DNA from: an uncultured Chloroflexia bacterium | Lineage (GTDB): Bacteria; Chloroflexota; UBA6077; JACCZL01 | DNA length: 64,000 bases | Direction of reading: 5' to 3' | NCBI GenBank assembly: GCA_963765765.1 | Contig: CAVXYC010000023.1 | Location: 32,001-96,000 of the forward strand | Shown: in pieces, positions 43,552-53,518 of the stretch | How the letters are laid out: the number at the start of each line of letters is the position of its first letter | How positions within the stretch are numbered: the first letter of the stretch is position 1 | Translations under genes and position numbers: made by a program | Notes under the pieces: model-generated | The model's input: the letters and a program-made list of their open reading frames with translations, nothing else | What the model was told of the DNA's origin: nothing | Database searches by the model: none

Positions 43552-45015
43552 CTAGCGGCGGTGGCTTCGCTGCTTGCTCCGGACATAGTCCGTGACGTGG
43601 TCACCGTAGCGATCGGCGAACCAGGGCTGGAGGTGATCATCCGCCCGCCAGACGCCGCGACACTGGGCCGTGCCGCAGGTGCAGTCAAACATTTGCTGCT
43701 GCTCGGTGTACATGGTGGCGTAATCCATGGTGATCTCCTCGCCGACGCCTATCGCACGGCGAGCGCATAGGTCCAGGCCCGTAACCCAGGCGTTGGGATC
43801 ACACGAGTGGTTGATCGGCCTCCACGTATCAGGATCGTCATCCCAGAGCGCATAGATCTCGTCCGTCAGCGGGTAAGCAAAGTCGCGAAAGAACTCTCGA
43901 TAGCGGGGACTCCAGGTGCGCTCGACGCGTGAGCGTGAGACCAGCACGTGCGGACGCTCCTCGAGCTGATAGATGACCTCGCCGGCTGCCAGGTCTCGCG
44001 TGGCGAACATGCCGTGCCCGCGCGTCGGATCTAGACAGACTCGGTAAGGACGCTCCAGGCTTCGTTGCCGGGCAAAGGCGAACTCGATCATCTGCTGGAG
44101 AAACCGCTCCTTGCCTGTACCGTCCAGGATAAGGATGTCGTCCGCGGTGCCGCCGTCCTCATCTGAATAGAAGATGCCGCAGTTGGGGTTGATCTCCAGG
44201 AAATAGGGACGTCCTTCGCGGTCCACTCGGATGTCCGTGCGGGCATAGCCATTTCCGCGTAACGCCAAGAACACTGCTGTCGACATTTCACGCAGCCGGC
44301 CCCCAAGCTCCTCGTCCAGGCACGGTAGCCGAACATGCGCCGCCGGCCATTTCCACTTGTAGTCGAACGACTTGAACGTTATGCCCGGCTCGAACTGGTG
44401 CTCGATGGGTAAGTAGGTGAGCGGCTCCTGCCAGCTCAATGGATTGCTGGCGACGAGCACCGAGAACTCGCGTCCTTCGATGAACTCCTCGATCAGCGCG
44501 CCGCCGAATGTGCCGATCATCTCGGCCGCTTGTTCACGCAACTGGGCGGCGTTCTCCACGCGCGAATGCTCGGTGACTCCCACGCTGGAATACCCCTGCT
44601 CCGGCTTAACGATGCACGGGAAGCGCAGGCAGTCGAGCGCTTGCTCCACCCCGGCCCGGTCTCGTGCGAAGGCGTAAGCCGGAGTGTCGACACCCCAGTA
44701 CGCGCACACCCGCTTCATTGCCTCGCGTGTCGGGTCGTAAAAGACCGAATCGGCGCCAGTGAAGGCGCGCTTGAGTCGTTCCAGCGCCTGGACGACCTCG
44801 ATTCCGGGGGTGTCTTCCTCCCACGAGCCGTCACACAGGTTCACGTAAACGTCCGCTTCCGTCGCTCTCACCTGAGCCACGGCCCGTATCTTCTTGATGA
44901 AGACGTCCTCCACATCGTGTCCTCGCAGCCACGGTCGAAGGTCCACGCGGCTGTCATATGGGAGGTAGTTGGCGGTGCTCCCTTCTCGCGAGGCCTGCAG
45001 CACGGCTACCTTCAT
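43552..45015 (-). CDS. D-Ala-D-Ala ligase-like ATP-grasp fused to a SET/post-SET methyltransferase domain
   Basis: ATP-grasp PCIVKP, LIEEFIEGREFSV, YARTDIRV, FLEINPNCG. SET GHGMFATRDL, INHSCDPN, GEEITMDY. Post-SET CTCGTAQCRG. Confidence 0.9.
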   Translation of the reverse strand: MKVAVLQASREGSTANYLPYDSRVDLRPWLRGHDVEDVFIKKIRAVAQVRATEADVYVNLCDGSWEEDTPGIEVVQALERLKRAFTGADSVFYDPTREAMKRVCAYWGVDTPAYAFARDRAGVEQALDCLRFPCIVKPEQGYSSVGVTEHSRVENAAQLREQAAEMIGTFGGALIEEFIEGREFSVLVASNPLSWQEPLTYLPIEHQFEPGITFKSFDYKWKWPAAHVRLPCLDEELGGRLREMSTAVFLALRGNGYARTDIRVDREGRPYFLEINPNCGIFYSDEDGGTADDILILDGTGKERFLQQMIEFAFARQRSLERPYRVCLDPTRGHGMFATRDLAAGEVIYQLEERPHVLVSRSRVERTWSPRYREFFRDFAYPLTDEIYALWDDDPDTWRPINHSCDPNAWVTGLDLCARRAIGVGEEITMDYATMYTEQQQMFDCTCGTAQCRGVWRADDHLQPWFADRYGDHVTDYVRSKQRSHRR

Positions 45016-47358
45016 CCCCGATGCTCCGTTCGCGGGGCCTCCTGGAGGCTCCCTCGCCCTCTGGGAGAGGGTTGGGGTGAGGGGCTCTCGGTGGGCGATC
45101 TCAGTGGACCCTCACCCCAACCCTCTCCCAGCGGGCGAGGGAGCCTCCAGGCATCTACAAACTGCTCCATCTCAGATCGACGTTTCGCGGCGGTCTGCTC
45201 GAACGTCGTCCGCAGTCGGGGCGCCACTCGCAGGAGATTCTGGAACTGCTGACGGTCAAGTGTGAGCACCTGGCAACGGGAGCGAGCTCGTACCGTCGCG
45301 GTGCGCGGCACCTCCTCCAGGAGCGCGATCTCGCCAAAGTACTCGCCAGCGTCAAGCACGGCCAGAAGTTGCGGTGGACCGGCATCAACGTCCTTCAGCA
45401 CCTCCACCGTTCCACGCGCCAGCAGATAAAAGCGTTGGCCAACCTCACCCTCGACGCATATCGGCTGGTCGGGCTCAAACCACTCGGTGATGAAGCGGTC
45501 CGCGATCGCGATCAGGTCGGCCTCGTCCAGGTCGGCGAACAGGGGAACGCTCCGCAAGCGCTGAGCTTCTACCCGTGCGTGCCGACCGTCTTCACTCGCG
45601 GGGACGAATCCGTCCTGCCGGGCCCACAATCGCGAGTACAACCCGGCCGCCTGAAGCAGATCCTGATGCTGCCCCTCCTCTACGAGACGGCCGCGCTCGA
45701 GCACGAAGATGCAGTCGGAGTCCGTCACCGTGGCCAACCGGTGGGTGGCCGAGACGATCGTGCAGCTTCCGTCCAGGCGGCGGAGCGTTTCGATGATGGC
45801 CGACTCGCTTAGCGGATCGAGCGCCGAGGTGGCCTCATCCAGGAGAAGCATTCGCGGCGATCGGATAAGTGCCCGGGCCAGCGCAAGCCGCTGACGCTGG
45901 CCGCCGGAGAGACGTCCGCCGCGCTCGCCAACCCGCGTGTCGTATCCATCCGGAAGGCCGAGGATGGCCTCATGGAGCTCCGCCGCCCGGGCCGCGCGCT
46001 CGACATCCTCATCACTGGCATCGAGTCGCCCCAACCGAATGTTCTCTCGAACCGACGCGTCGAACAATAGACTCTCCTGGAAGACAATCCCAATTTGCTG
46101 GCGTAATGAATGGATCGTATCGGGTTCCAGCTCCTTGTCGTCCAACAGGATGCGCCCATCGCTGGGCTCATAGAACTGCAGGAGCATGCTCAATAGTGTG
46201 CTCTTCCCCGAGCCACTCGGCCCAACGATGGCGATAGTCTTGAACGCGGGGAGCTCCAGTGAGACGTGGTCCAGAGCCAGCGACCCATCGTCATATTTGT
46301 AGGAGATGTCCTGGAGCTCAATCTGCCGCATCAGAGGCGCCAGCGCAGGCGCCCCGGGCGAAGCTGCAGACTCAGTCGGCTGACCGAGCACGTCGTCCAG
46401 GCGACGTTGGGCCGTGGCTGCCGTCTGGAGGGTTGGCACCGCGTCAGCCAGCGATTGGAACGCGGCGACCATCCACCACAGAAGCTCGAAGAAGGCCACC
46501 AGTGAGCCCACCGAAAGCGTGCCCTGGAGCGCCATCAGCGATCCGACGCTCAGACACACTACCAGCAGCACCGCACCACTCCGCCACAGCGTGGTGACGA
46601 GCAAGCTGCTCAAGAACCCGAATCGCACGCTGCTCAGCCAGTACTGTCTCAGTCCCGGCCTCGAACCGCTCCCGCGATACCTCCCGCAGCCCGAACGCCT
46701 TGACCACGAGCTGCGTGGCCAGGTTCTCCTGGAGGGCGCCAACCAACGTTGCGGCATCCGACTGGCGCTCTATGCTTGCCTGCTCCACCCGCCGACCGAA
46801 AATGCGAGGGCCGATATACACGATGGGCATGAGTGCCAGGCAGAGCAAGGCCAGTCGCCACTCGATCCAGAACAGCACCGCGCCGCCCACGATAATGGTG
46901 GCCACCTGAGGCAGGAGATTGGAGAATACGAGAGTCAGCGCCTGCTCGATCGCTTCGGCGCCCGCCATGCAGCGGGCGAGAATGTCGCCGCCTTCGAAGC
47001 GGGCATACGCCCGCACCTGGAGGTCCTGGAGGTGCTGGAAGACCCGAAGCCGCAGGGCGTTTCCCGCGTCTGCCACGAGGCGCGCAACCAGGTACTGATG
47101 GAGCACGTCACCGAGCCAGGTGAGTACGAGCAAGGCGACGAGGCCGGTAATGAGCGATACGGCGACCGCGCCCTGGCCCGGTATGATCGCTTGATCGATC
47201 AATGCTTGCAGGATCAGCGGATAGACCGCGGTGTACGCCACCGCTGGGGCCATGGCTAGCAGGACCACCAGGATATGACGCCAATACGGTGCCACGAGCC
47301 GGACACAGAACCGCGCGAAGCCGCCCATTCCCGTGCTCTCGCGCTGGGCCTCGCTCAT
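45012..47358 (-). CDS. ABC exporter (TMD + NBD) with C-terminal cyclic-nucleotide-binding domain, frameshifted near 46650
   Basis: TMD in 46444..47550; Walker A GPSGSGKST, LSGGQRQR, LLLDEATSALD; cNMP domain FYLLARGTVEV..GEYFGEIALL..PRTATVRA. Confidence 0.88.
45041..45150. repeat. CCCTCACCCCAACCCTCTCCC-family inverted repeat inside the 3' end of the ABC gene
   Basis: ctggaggctccctcgccctctgggagagggttggggtgaggg ... ccctcaccccaaccctctcccagcgggcgagggagcctccag. Confidence 0.85.
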
Positions 47359-47754
47359 GGCTACAGTCTCATTCACACCGAATACGGTCGCGTTGTCCTG
47401 CGCCACGCTACCGAATCGCCGCTCGGGTGTCAAACTCAGGCCGGGCCGGCCAAGACAGCCGCGGCTGTTGGTCTCTGAACAATGGATGGTCCGCCTCGCC
47501 GCCCCCGAGCTCAGTGCATCACGCCAGCCATAGGAACTGAGATGCGTCACACGACAGACCTGAGCGGCTCAGGCAGCGATTCTCAGCAGAATGAGTTTGC
47601 GGACCTTATGATCTCATAGACGCCAGCGCGCTACAGGTAGGCCGGTGGCGCCTGGAGGTATGGAGCTTAGTAGGCGTGAGTAAGCGGACCGACTGAGCAG
47701 TCGACCCGCTTCAACCTACTCGGCAATCCCGGTGCTACGAGTCGCGGCGGACGG

Positions 47755-48126
47755 TCAATCAGTGAGCTTCTTGATCGTCTGGATTGTCTGCTCGGGTGCG
47801 AGCTCGGTCTGCTTCATGCCTTCCAGGCCCTTCCGCGCCAGGAAAGCGCCGCCGCCGGTAAAGAGCAGGCCGACGACAAAAGCCGCGAACCAGCGGGGAA
47901 AGATCGACTCCAGTATTCGTACCATCGCGGCCATGATTGCGAGCGCTCCGGCGTAGGCCATCGCCGTTCCGCCCGCCACGAAACCGGCATCTTTGCCAAT
48001 CCTGAATGCCTTGCCCGACATTTCGGTCGTTGCGAGATCGACTTCGGCGCGTGCCAGTGTGCCGATATTGCGGAAGAGTCCGCTTAACACCTCGCGCATC
48101 GAGTCATTTCGTCCACCGTTCTGCAT
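47755..48126 (-). CDS. Phage_holin_3_6-like (holin-X/YhjD-type) membrane protein
   Basis: SMREVLSGLFRNIGTLARAEVDLATTEM, two hydrophobic segments, C-terminal LAPEQTIQTIK. Confidence 0.75.
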   Translation of the reverse strand: MQNGGRNDSMREVLSGLFRNIGTLARAEVDLATTEMSGKAFRIGKDAGFVAGGTAMAYAGALAIMAAMVRILESIFPRWFAAFVVGLLFTGGGAFLARKGLEGMKQTELAPEQTIQTIKKLTD

Positions 48127-48364
48127 CCATTGCTCCAGCTGAGAGATTCGCCGTTCGGGTTGCGCCTGGTGGACTGCTTTCACGGGAAGTCACCGGCCCA
48201 ATAGAACCTGCCGGTCTCAGGAAATATGCCCGTATGAACAGCCGTGCAGAGTCGTACCGGACGCCGCGCCCCCAGGTCAGCACGGCCCGTGCCAGGACGG
48301 ACGATTGAAGGCCAAAGCCTAGTCGATGGTGTGGGGATTCGGATTGGGAGGAAGAGCCTGGAGC

Positions 48365-49972
48365 TCAACACACTGCCTCATTCCTTTCCGCAGCGGGTCC
48401 TGAATCAGCTGTCATGCTGCGGAGAATGGGCTCCATCACTCGATTCGCCACACCCGCTATGGGCCCGCTCGTGTCCACCACAACGTGGTTTCCCTCCGAA
48501 GGAAGGATCGGCTCGTATCGGGACCGCTGCGCCATGTAGATGTTCGTGTCCGCGTCCGAAGCACCCTCACCGCTGGCCTGTCGGTCGACTATCCGCCGTA
48601 GCGCCACGGCCTCTGGAAGTTGGCACTCCACGATCCAGCATGGGCAACCACGCACGCGTGCCAGGTCAATCATGGACGCACGCTCGTCTTGAGTCCAGTA
48701 GGTGGCATCCACCACCGCCGATTGACCAGCCGCCAAGGACTCCGCGCTCAGCTCGCGCAGCCTGGCATACGTCCGTCGACTCATTTCAACGCTGTACAGG
48801 CCTGTGTCAAGCTCGTCATGTGTCCGGTGCGTCGCCTCGAGCTCTGCGAGATTCTTTCGGACGCGATCGGACGAGTACACGACCGCTCCCAAGCGCATCG
48901 CCAACGAGCGGGCGACCGTCGTCTTGCCGGTACCCGGCAGACCGACAACGAGTACCAACAGGGGCCGGTCAGAAACACGCGCGTACGTCCAGGCGAGCCG
49001 AAGGTAGTGCCGAGCCCGCCGCTGCGCTGACCGGTGGATCCGCTCATCCTCCACCGCCTGCTCGAGCCGAAAGCTCTGAACCTTCCCTCGCACAAAGGCG
49101 CGATAGGAGGCGTAGAACAGGAGTAGCTTCCGGAGCGAGGTGTCGTGGCTCGCTTCGATATAGCGGTCAACGAGCCAGTACGCCAGATCGGGCCTCCCAC
49201 GGGCATCCATGTCCATCGCCAGAAACGCGACTTCGGATGCCGTGTCGCCGCTTCGCAAGCGAGTGCTGAATTCAATGCAGTCGAAGATGCACAGTCCATC
49301 AGTCACGCAGATACTCTCGGCACGCATGTCACCGTGACAGTCGCGAATACAGCCGTCAACCTGCCGTTGCCTGAAAGTGTCAGCGTTTCGATTCAGAAAC
49401 GTATTGACGTAGTGCCGTAGTGCATCGAGTCGACTCGCGGAGATGGTGCGACTGATGTAGGGTGCGATCTGATCGAAATTCTCCTCCCAGTTAGCTTGAA
49501 CAGTTTGAATGGATCCGTATTGGTCCACTTCAGGACCGCTCTCCGCGCTGGCGTGGAATGCCGCGATGCGACGCGCCACGCGGTCAATGATCTCCTCACC
49601 CACTTGACCGCGCCGGAGCAGGGCATCAAGCATGCGACGCGCCGGCAGCCGTCGCATCTCCACCGCATACTCCACCGCGGGGCCCGGCCCTCCGATTCGA
49701 AGGCCACCGGGCGTCGCGACAATCTGGACGACGCCGACGTAGGCATCCGCACACAGGCGACGGTTCAGCCGCACCTCCTCCTCGCAAAAGTGTTTGCGTC
49801 GGCCCAGTGTCGAATAGTCAAGAAATCCGAAGTCAACGGGTTTCTTGACCTTGTACACGCGGTCATCTGCCAGAAAGACCCAGGAGATATGCGTTTCTAC
49901 GAGCCGTACCCGGCGCGGCGTGTGGGGATAGGATGCGCGATCAAGGAGTAATTCGGGGGCAAACTCGGTCAT
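48365..49972 (-). CDS. Bifunctional aminoglycoside phosphotransferase-like / AAA_33 (gluconokinase-like) protein
   Basis: ETHISWVFL..YKVKKPVDFGFLDYST, DCHGDMR, FDCIEF; C-terminal GLPGTGKTT, SDRVRK, VVDATY. Confidence 0.9.
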   Translation of the reverse strand: MTEFAPELLLDRASYPHTPRRVRLVETHISWVFLADDRVYKVKKPVDFGFLDYSTLGRRKHFCEEEVRLNRRLCADAYVGVVQIVATPGGLRIGGPGPAVEYAVEMRRLPARRMLDALLRRGQVGEEIIDRVARRIAAFHASAESGPEVDQYGSIQTVQANWEENFDQIAPYISRTISASRLDALRHYVNTFLNRNADTFRQRQVDGCIRDCHGDMRAESICVTDGLCIFDCIEFSTRLRSGDTASEVAFLAMDMDARGRPDLAYWLVDRYIEASHDTSLRKLLLFYASYRAFVRGKVQSFRLEQAVEDERIHRSAQRRARHYLRLAWTYARVSDRPLLVLVVGLPGTGKTTVARSLAMRLGAVVYSSDRVRKNLAELEATHRTHDELDTGLYSVEMSRRTYARLRELSAESLAAGQSAVVDATYWTQDERASMIDLARVRGCPCWIVECQLPEAVALRRIVDRQASGEGASDADTNIYMAQRSRYEPILPSEGNHVVVDTSGPIAGVANRVMEPILRSMTADSGPAAERNEAVC

Positions 49973-50492
49973 GGATCACTCAGAATCTTCGGCATGCGAT
50001 CGTTTCATCGTGAACGATCGCTGACGGCCGGAAAGGCTGGATCTGCTTCTGGACGTGTTCTGAGGATTCGCAGGACATCGGTTTCAGGCTGCGTCCAGTA
50101 CGTCGCTCGCGATTCCGTCTGGTGCGGAGCGGGAGTGCTCGCGGCCACATCCCCGCCCTGTCGTGGCATCAGTTCCATGGTTCGAGTGCCAGCATAGCGC
50201 TGCCTCGCCGTCTTCGCCCGACTCGATGTGATAGCAATCGGATTGACGATGTGGAGGGTCGCCGATATTGAGCGCGAATCCACCTACTAATCTCTCATCG
50301 CTTGGGGAGTGTGCCCGATTCGGTTTCCGCCTCGATGGGCGCCACGAGTCCATCACAGTTGCGACACTACCCGATTTCTCCCCTATTGCGCGGGACCGTC
50401 CGCACAGTCTGCAGCAATAGGCTTATCTTTGACCTACTGGCACCGCGACTCCGGCACGGGCCGCGGCCGCGGGTCAGATTTGGAGGTACACC

Positions 50493-51160
50493 GTGCAAGC
50501 GAACACCGACCCGCCGGCCTCAGTCCCACAAGTACCCCAGCCCTCCGACTATCCGATCGACCTTGAAATCGATTACCCCGACAGGGAGTTGAATCGCCTC
50601 TCAACATTCTTCCGGACGCTCACCGTAATCCCTATCGCCATCGTGCTGGGGCTGCTCAGCGGCGAATCGATCCGCCAGGGCGATGGGCAGGTGACCTACC
50701 AGCTTGCTGCGCCAGGCGTCCTGGTGCTCCCGGTGATGGTCATGTTGCTCTTCCGACAGAAGTACCCTCGCTGGTGGTACGAGTGGAACGTGGCGTTCTC
50801 GGCATTCAGCTACCGAGTCGCGAGCTACATGGCACTTCTGCGCGATGAGTACCCGGCCACGGACGAGGAGCAGGCGGTACATCTGACCATTCCGTATCCG
50901 GATGCTCGGGACGGCCTGAACCGCTGGATGCCCTCGTGAAATGGCTCCTTGCGATCCCGCACTTTGTTGCGCTGGCCTTCCTGGCGCTCGCGGCCGTCAT
51001 CTGCGTCATCATCGCCTGGTTCGCCATCCTATTTACCGGCCGTTACCCACGCCCGCTCTTCGACTTCGTCGTCGGAGTGTTGCGGTGGTCGCTGCGGGTG
51101 AGTGCGTACACCCTGATGCTAGTGACGGACCGCTACCCGCCGTTCCGTCTCCGGCCTTGA
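50493..51160 (+). CDS. DUF4389 membrane protein (frameshifted near 50935)
   Basis: Two repeats of LNR..IP..LF..YPR..RV.AY..L..D.YP. Confidence 0.85.
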
Positions 51161-51180
51161 CCGATTGAAGGAGAGCCCAC

Positions 51181-52671
51181 ATGAATGCAACTGTCAAGAC
51201 TCGTCAGGGTGAGGTGCGCGGGACCGTTGTCGATGGCGTGAACACCTTCAAAGGCATCCCCTATGCGGCGCCGCCATTCGGAGTCAATCGCTTTCTGCCG
51301 CCACAACAGGTCGCTCCCTGGAGTGGCGTGCGCGACGCGCTCACCTACGGACCGAAGTCGCCTCAGCCGCTCTACCCTCCACAAATCGCGCTGCTTCTCA
51401 ATGAATCTGTCGATTCCGGCGAGGATTGCCTGAGTCTCAATATCTGGTCCGCGGATCTCGGATCCGCTGCGCAGCCGGTGATGGTCTGGATTCCCGGCGG
51501 CATGTACGCGTACCACGGAACGGGTGGGTCACCCTGGTATGACGGCAGTCGGTTCGCCCGCGACGGCGTCGTCTGCGTGACCATCAACTACCGCGTCGCC
51601 GCCGACGGCTTCCTGTATCTCGGCGACGACAACACCAACCGCGGCTTGCTCGACCAGATTGCCGCGCTCGAGTGGGTACGAGACAACATCGCCGCCTTCG
51701 GTGGGAATCCTGATAACGTCACTATCTTCGGCGAATCGGCCGGGGCCCTGAGCGTCGGCACGCTCTTGGCCATGCCCCGAGCTGAGGGGCTGTTTCAGCG
51801 CGCCATCGCCCAGAGTGGCGGAGCGCAGCACGTAAGCTCAGCCTCAACCGCGCGACAAATAGCCCGGCGCCTCGCTGAGCAGCTTGGCGTGGAAGCCACG
51901 CGTGAGGCGATCGCGGCGGTCCCGATTGATCGCCTGCTTCAGGCTCAAACCGCTCTGGAGGGAGACCTGGCGGCCCATCCCGACCCGTCCCGCTGGGGTT
52001 TGGAGGTGATTCTCACGATGCTACCCTGGCAGCCGGTAGTTGACGGCGACGTCGTCCCCGCGCCGCCGATGGAGCGCATCGGCGCCGGGGCCGGCGCGGA
52101 CATCGACCTTCTGATCGGCACGAACACCGACGAGCACCGATTATTCCTGGTACCCGGCGACGTGATCGACCAGATCACCCCCGAGGCCCTGGCTGGCGCC
52201 ATCGCGGCCTACGGTCTCCCAATCGAGCGGGCCCTGACCACCTATCGCGCCGCGGATCCGGACGGGAGCCCAGGTGACCTGCTGGCGGCGGTACAGACCG
52301 ACTGGTACTGGCGCATCCCTGCCATCAATCTGGCTAACGCCCATGTCAAGAACGGCGCCCCAACATATATGTATGAATTCGCCTGGCGCTCGCCCCAGTT
52401 CAACGGACGCCTCGGCGCCTGCCATGCGCTCGAGATCCCATTCGTGTTCGACACGCTGGGCAACGAGACTGAAGCGCTGTGGGGAGCCGACCCACCTCAG
52501 CGGCTCGCCGACACCATGCACGCGGCCTGGGTCGCCTTCGCCACAAACGGTGAGTGCGATTGGCCGCGATACGACCTTAGCCGTCGGGCGACGATGCGCT
52601 TCGGTGGAGCGCCGGAGATAGTGGACGATCCACGCTCGGCGGAGCGGGCGCTGTGGGAGGGTGTGCGTTAA
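51181..52671 (+). CDS. Carboxylesterase type B (para-nitrobenzyl esterase-like)
   Basis: FKGIPYAAPP, EDCLSLNIW, FGESAG nucleophile motif, ACHALEIPFVF. Confidence 0.93.
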   Translation: MNATVKTRQGEVRGTVVDGVNTFKGIPYAAPPFGVNRFLPPQQVAPWSGVRDALTYGPKSPQPLYPPQIALLLNESVDSGEDCLSLNIWSADLGSAAQPVMVWIPGGMYAYHGTGGSPWYDGSRFARDGVVCVTINYRVAADGFLYLGDDNTNRGLLDQIAALEWVRDNIAAFGGNPDNVTIFGESAGALSVGTLLAMPRAEGLFQRAIAQSGGAQHVSSASTARQIARRLAEQLGVEATREAIAAVPIDRLLQAQTALEGDLAAHPDPSRWGLEVILTMLPWQPVVDGDVVPAPPMERIGAGAGADIDLLIGTNTDEHRLFLVPGDVIDQITPEALAGAIAAYGLPIERALTTYRAADPDGSPGDLLAAVQTDWYWRIPAINLANAHVKNGAPTYMYEFAWRSPQFNGRLGACHALEIPFVFDTLGNETEALWGADPPQRLADTMHAAWVAFATNGECDWPRYDLSRRATMRFGGAPEIVDDPRSAERALWEGVR

Positions 52672-52787
52672 CTCGAGAGCGGGCCGCGGAGCCCGCAGCC
52701 CGGATCACAGTGCTTGACCTGACGGAATATTCGACATTCGCCATCGTGCGCGGAGTCACGCCGCGATTCAGCCTCGATAGTCCGGGA

Positions 52788-53385
52788 TTAGGCCGCACGA
52801 TCTCGAATAGATCGTTCACGTGCGTGTACCAATTGCCCGGCAAGTCGGCCAACGGGTTTGAGCTTCTCCATATTGATGCGGCCCGTGGCGGCATCGTAGA
52901 CCTCATCGGCGATATGGAAGTGCACGATCTCACCGAGCACAACGAAGTAGCCGTCGTTGCCGACTGGGATCGTTTGCGTAAGTCGGCATTCCATGCTGAT
53001 GGGGGCCTCAGCCACGCGCGGCGCCTTGACTTTCATGCTGGGCGCGCTCGTCAGTCCGGTCAGGGCGAATTCGTCCACATCCGGCGGATACTCCCCGGAC
53101 GTCAGGTTCATCTGCTCCACCAGAGCGTCGTTGACTACGTTGATCACGTACTCGCCGGTCGCCTTGACGTTCCTGCACGGTGTCTTTGGCCACGCCTTCT
53201 CGCGAGCCGGCAGAGAACATCACCGTGGGCGGATTGGAGCAGACCGCGTTGAAAAAGCTGAATGGCGCCAGGTTGTGCACGCCTTCCGAGCTTACCGACG
53301 ACACCCACGCAATGGGGCGAGGCACGACGCAGCCAATGAGCACCTTGTACGCTGCCGACGGAGTCTGTTCCGGATCGATCTGCAC
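52788..53385 (-). CDS. Flavin reductase family protein (frameshifted)
   Basis: VVPRPIAWVSS..NLAPFSFFN..KDT, then VINVV..PRVAEAPISMEC..VGRLAG. Confidence 0.87.
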
Positions 53386-53518
53386 GGCTATGTTCCTCGC
53401 CTCACTGTGTCGTTGAGCCCTGATGATACTGTCGCCGGGCCCTCGATGCGCGCAACAGCGTAGCGCACGAAGAGCCTAGCTCTTGCTGGTGACGAGCTCT
53501 CGCTCGGGCTGGCGCTCC

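Noticed and set aside
47755-48126. Prophage suggested by the holin-like gene
   Set aside because: This family is common on chromosomes, and there is no integrase, endolysin or structural gene nearby.
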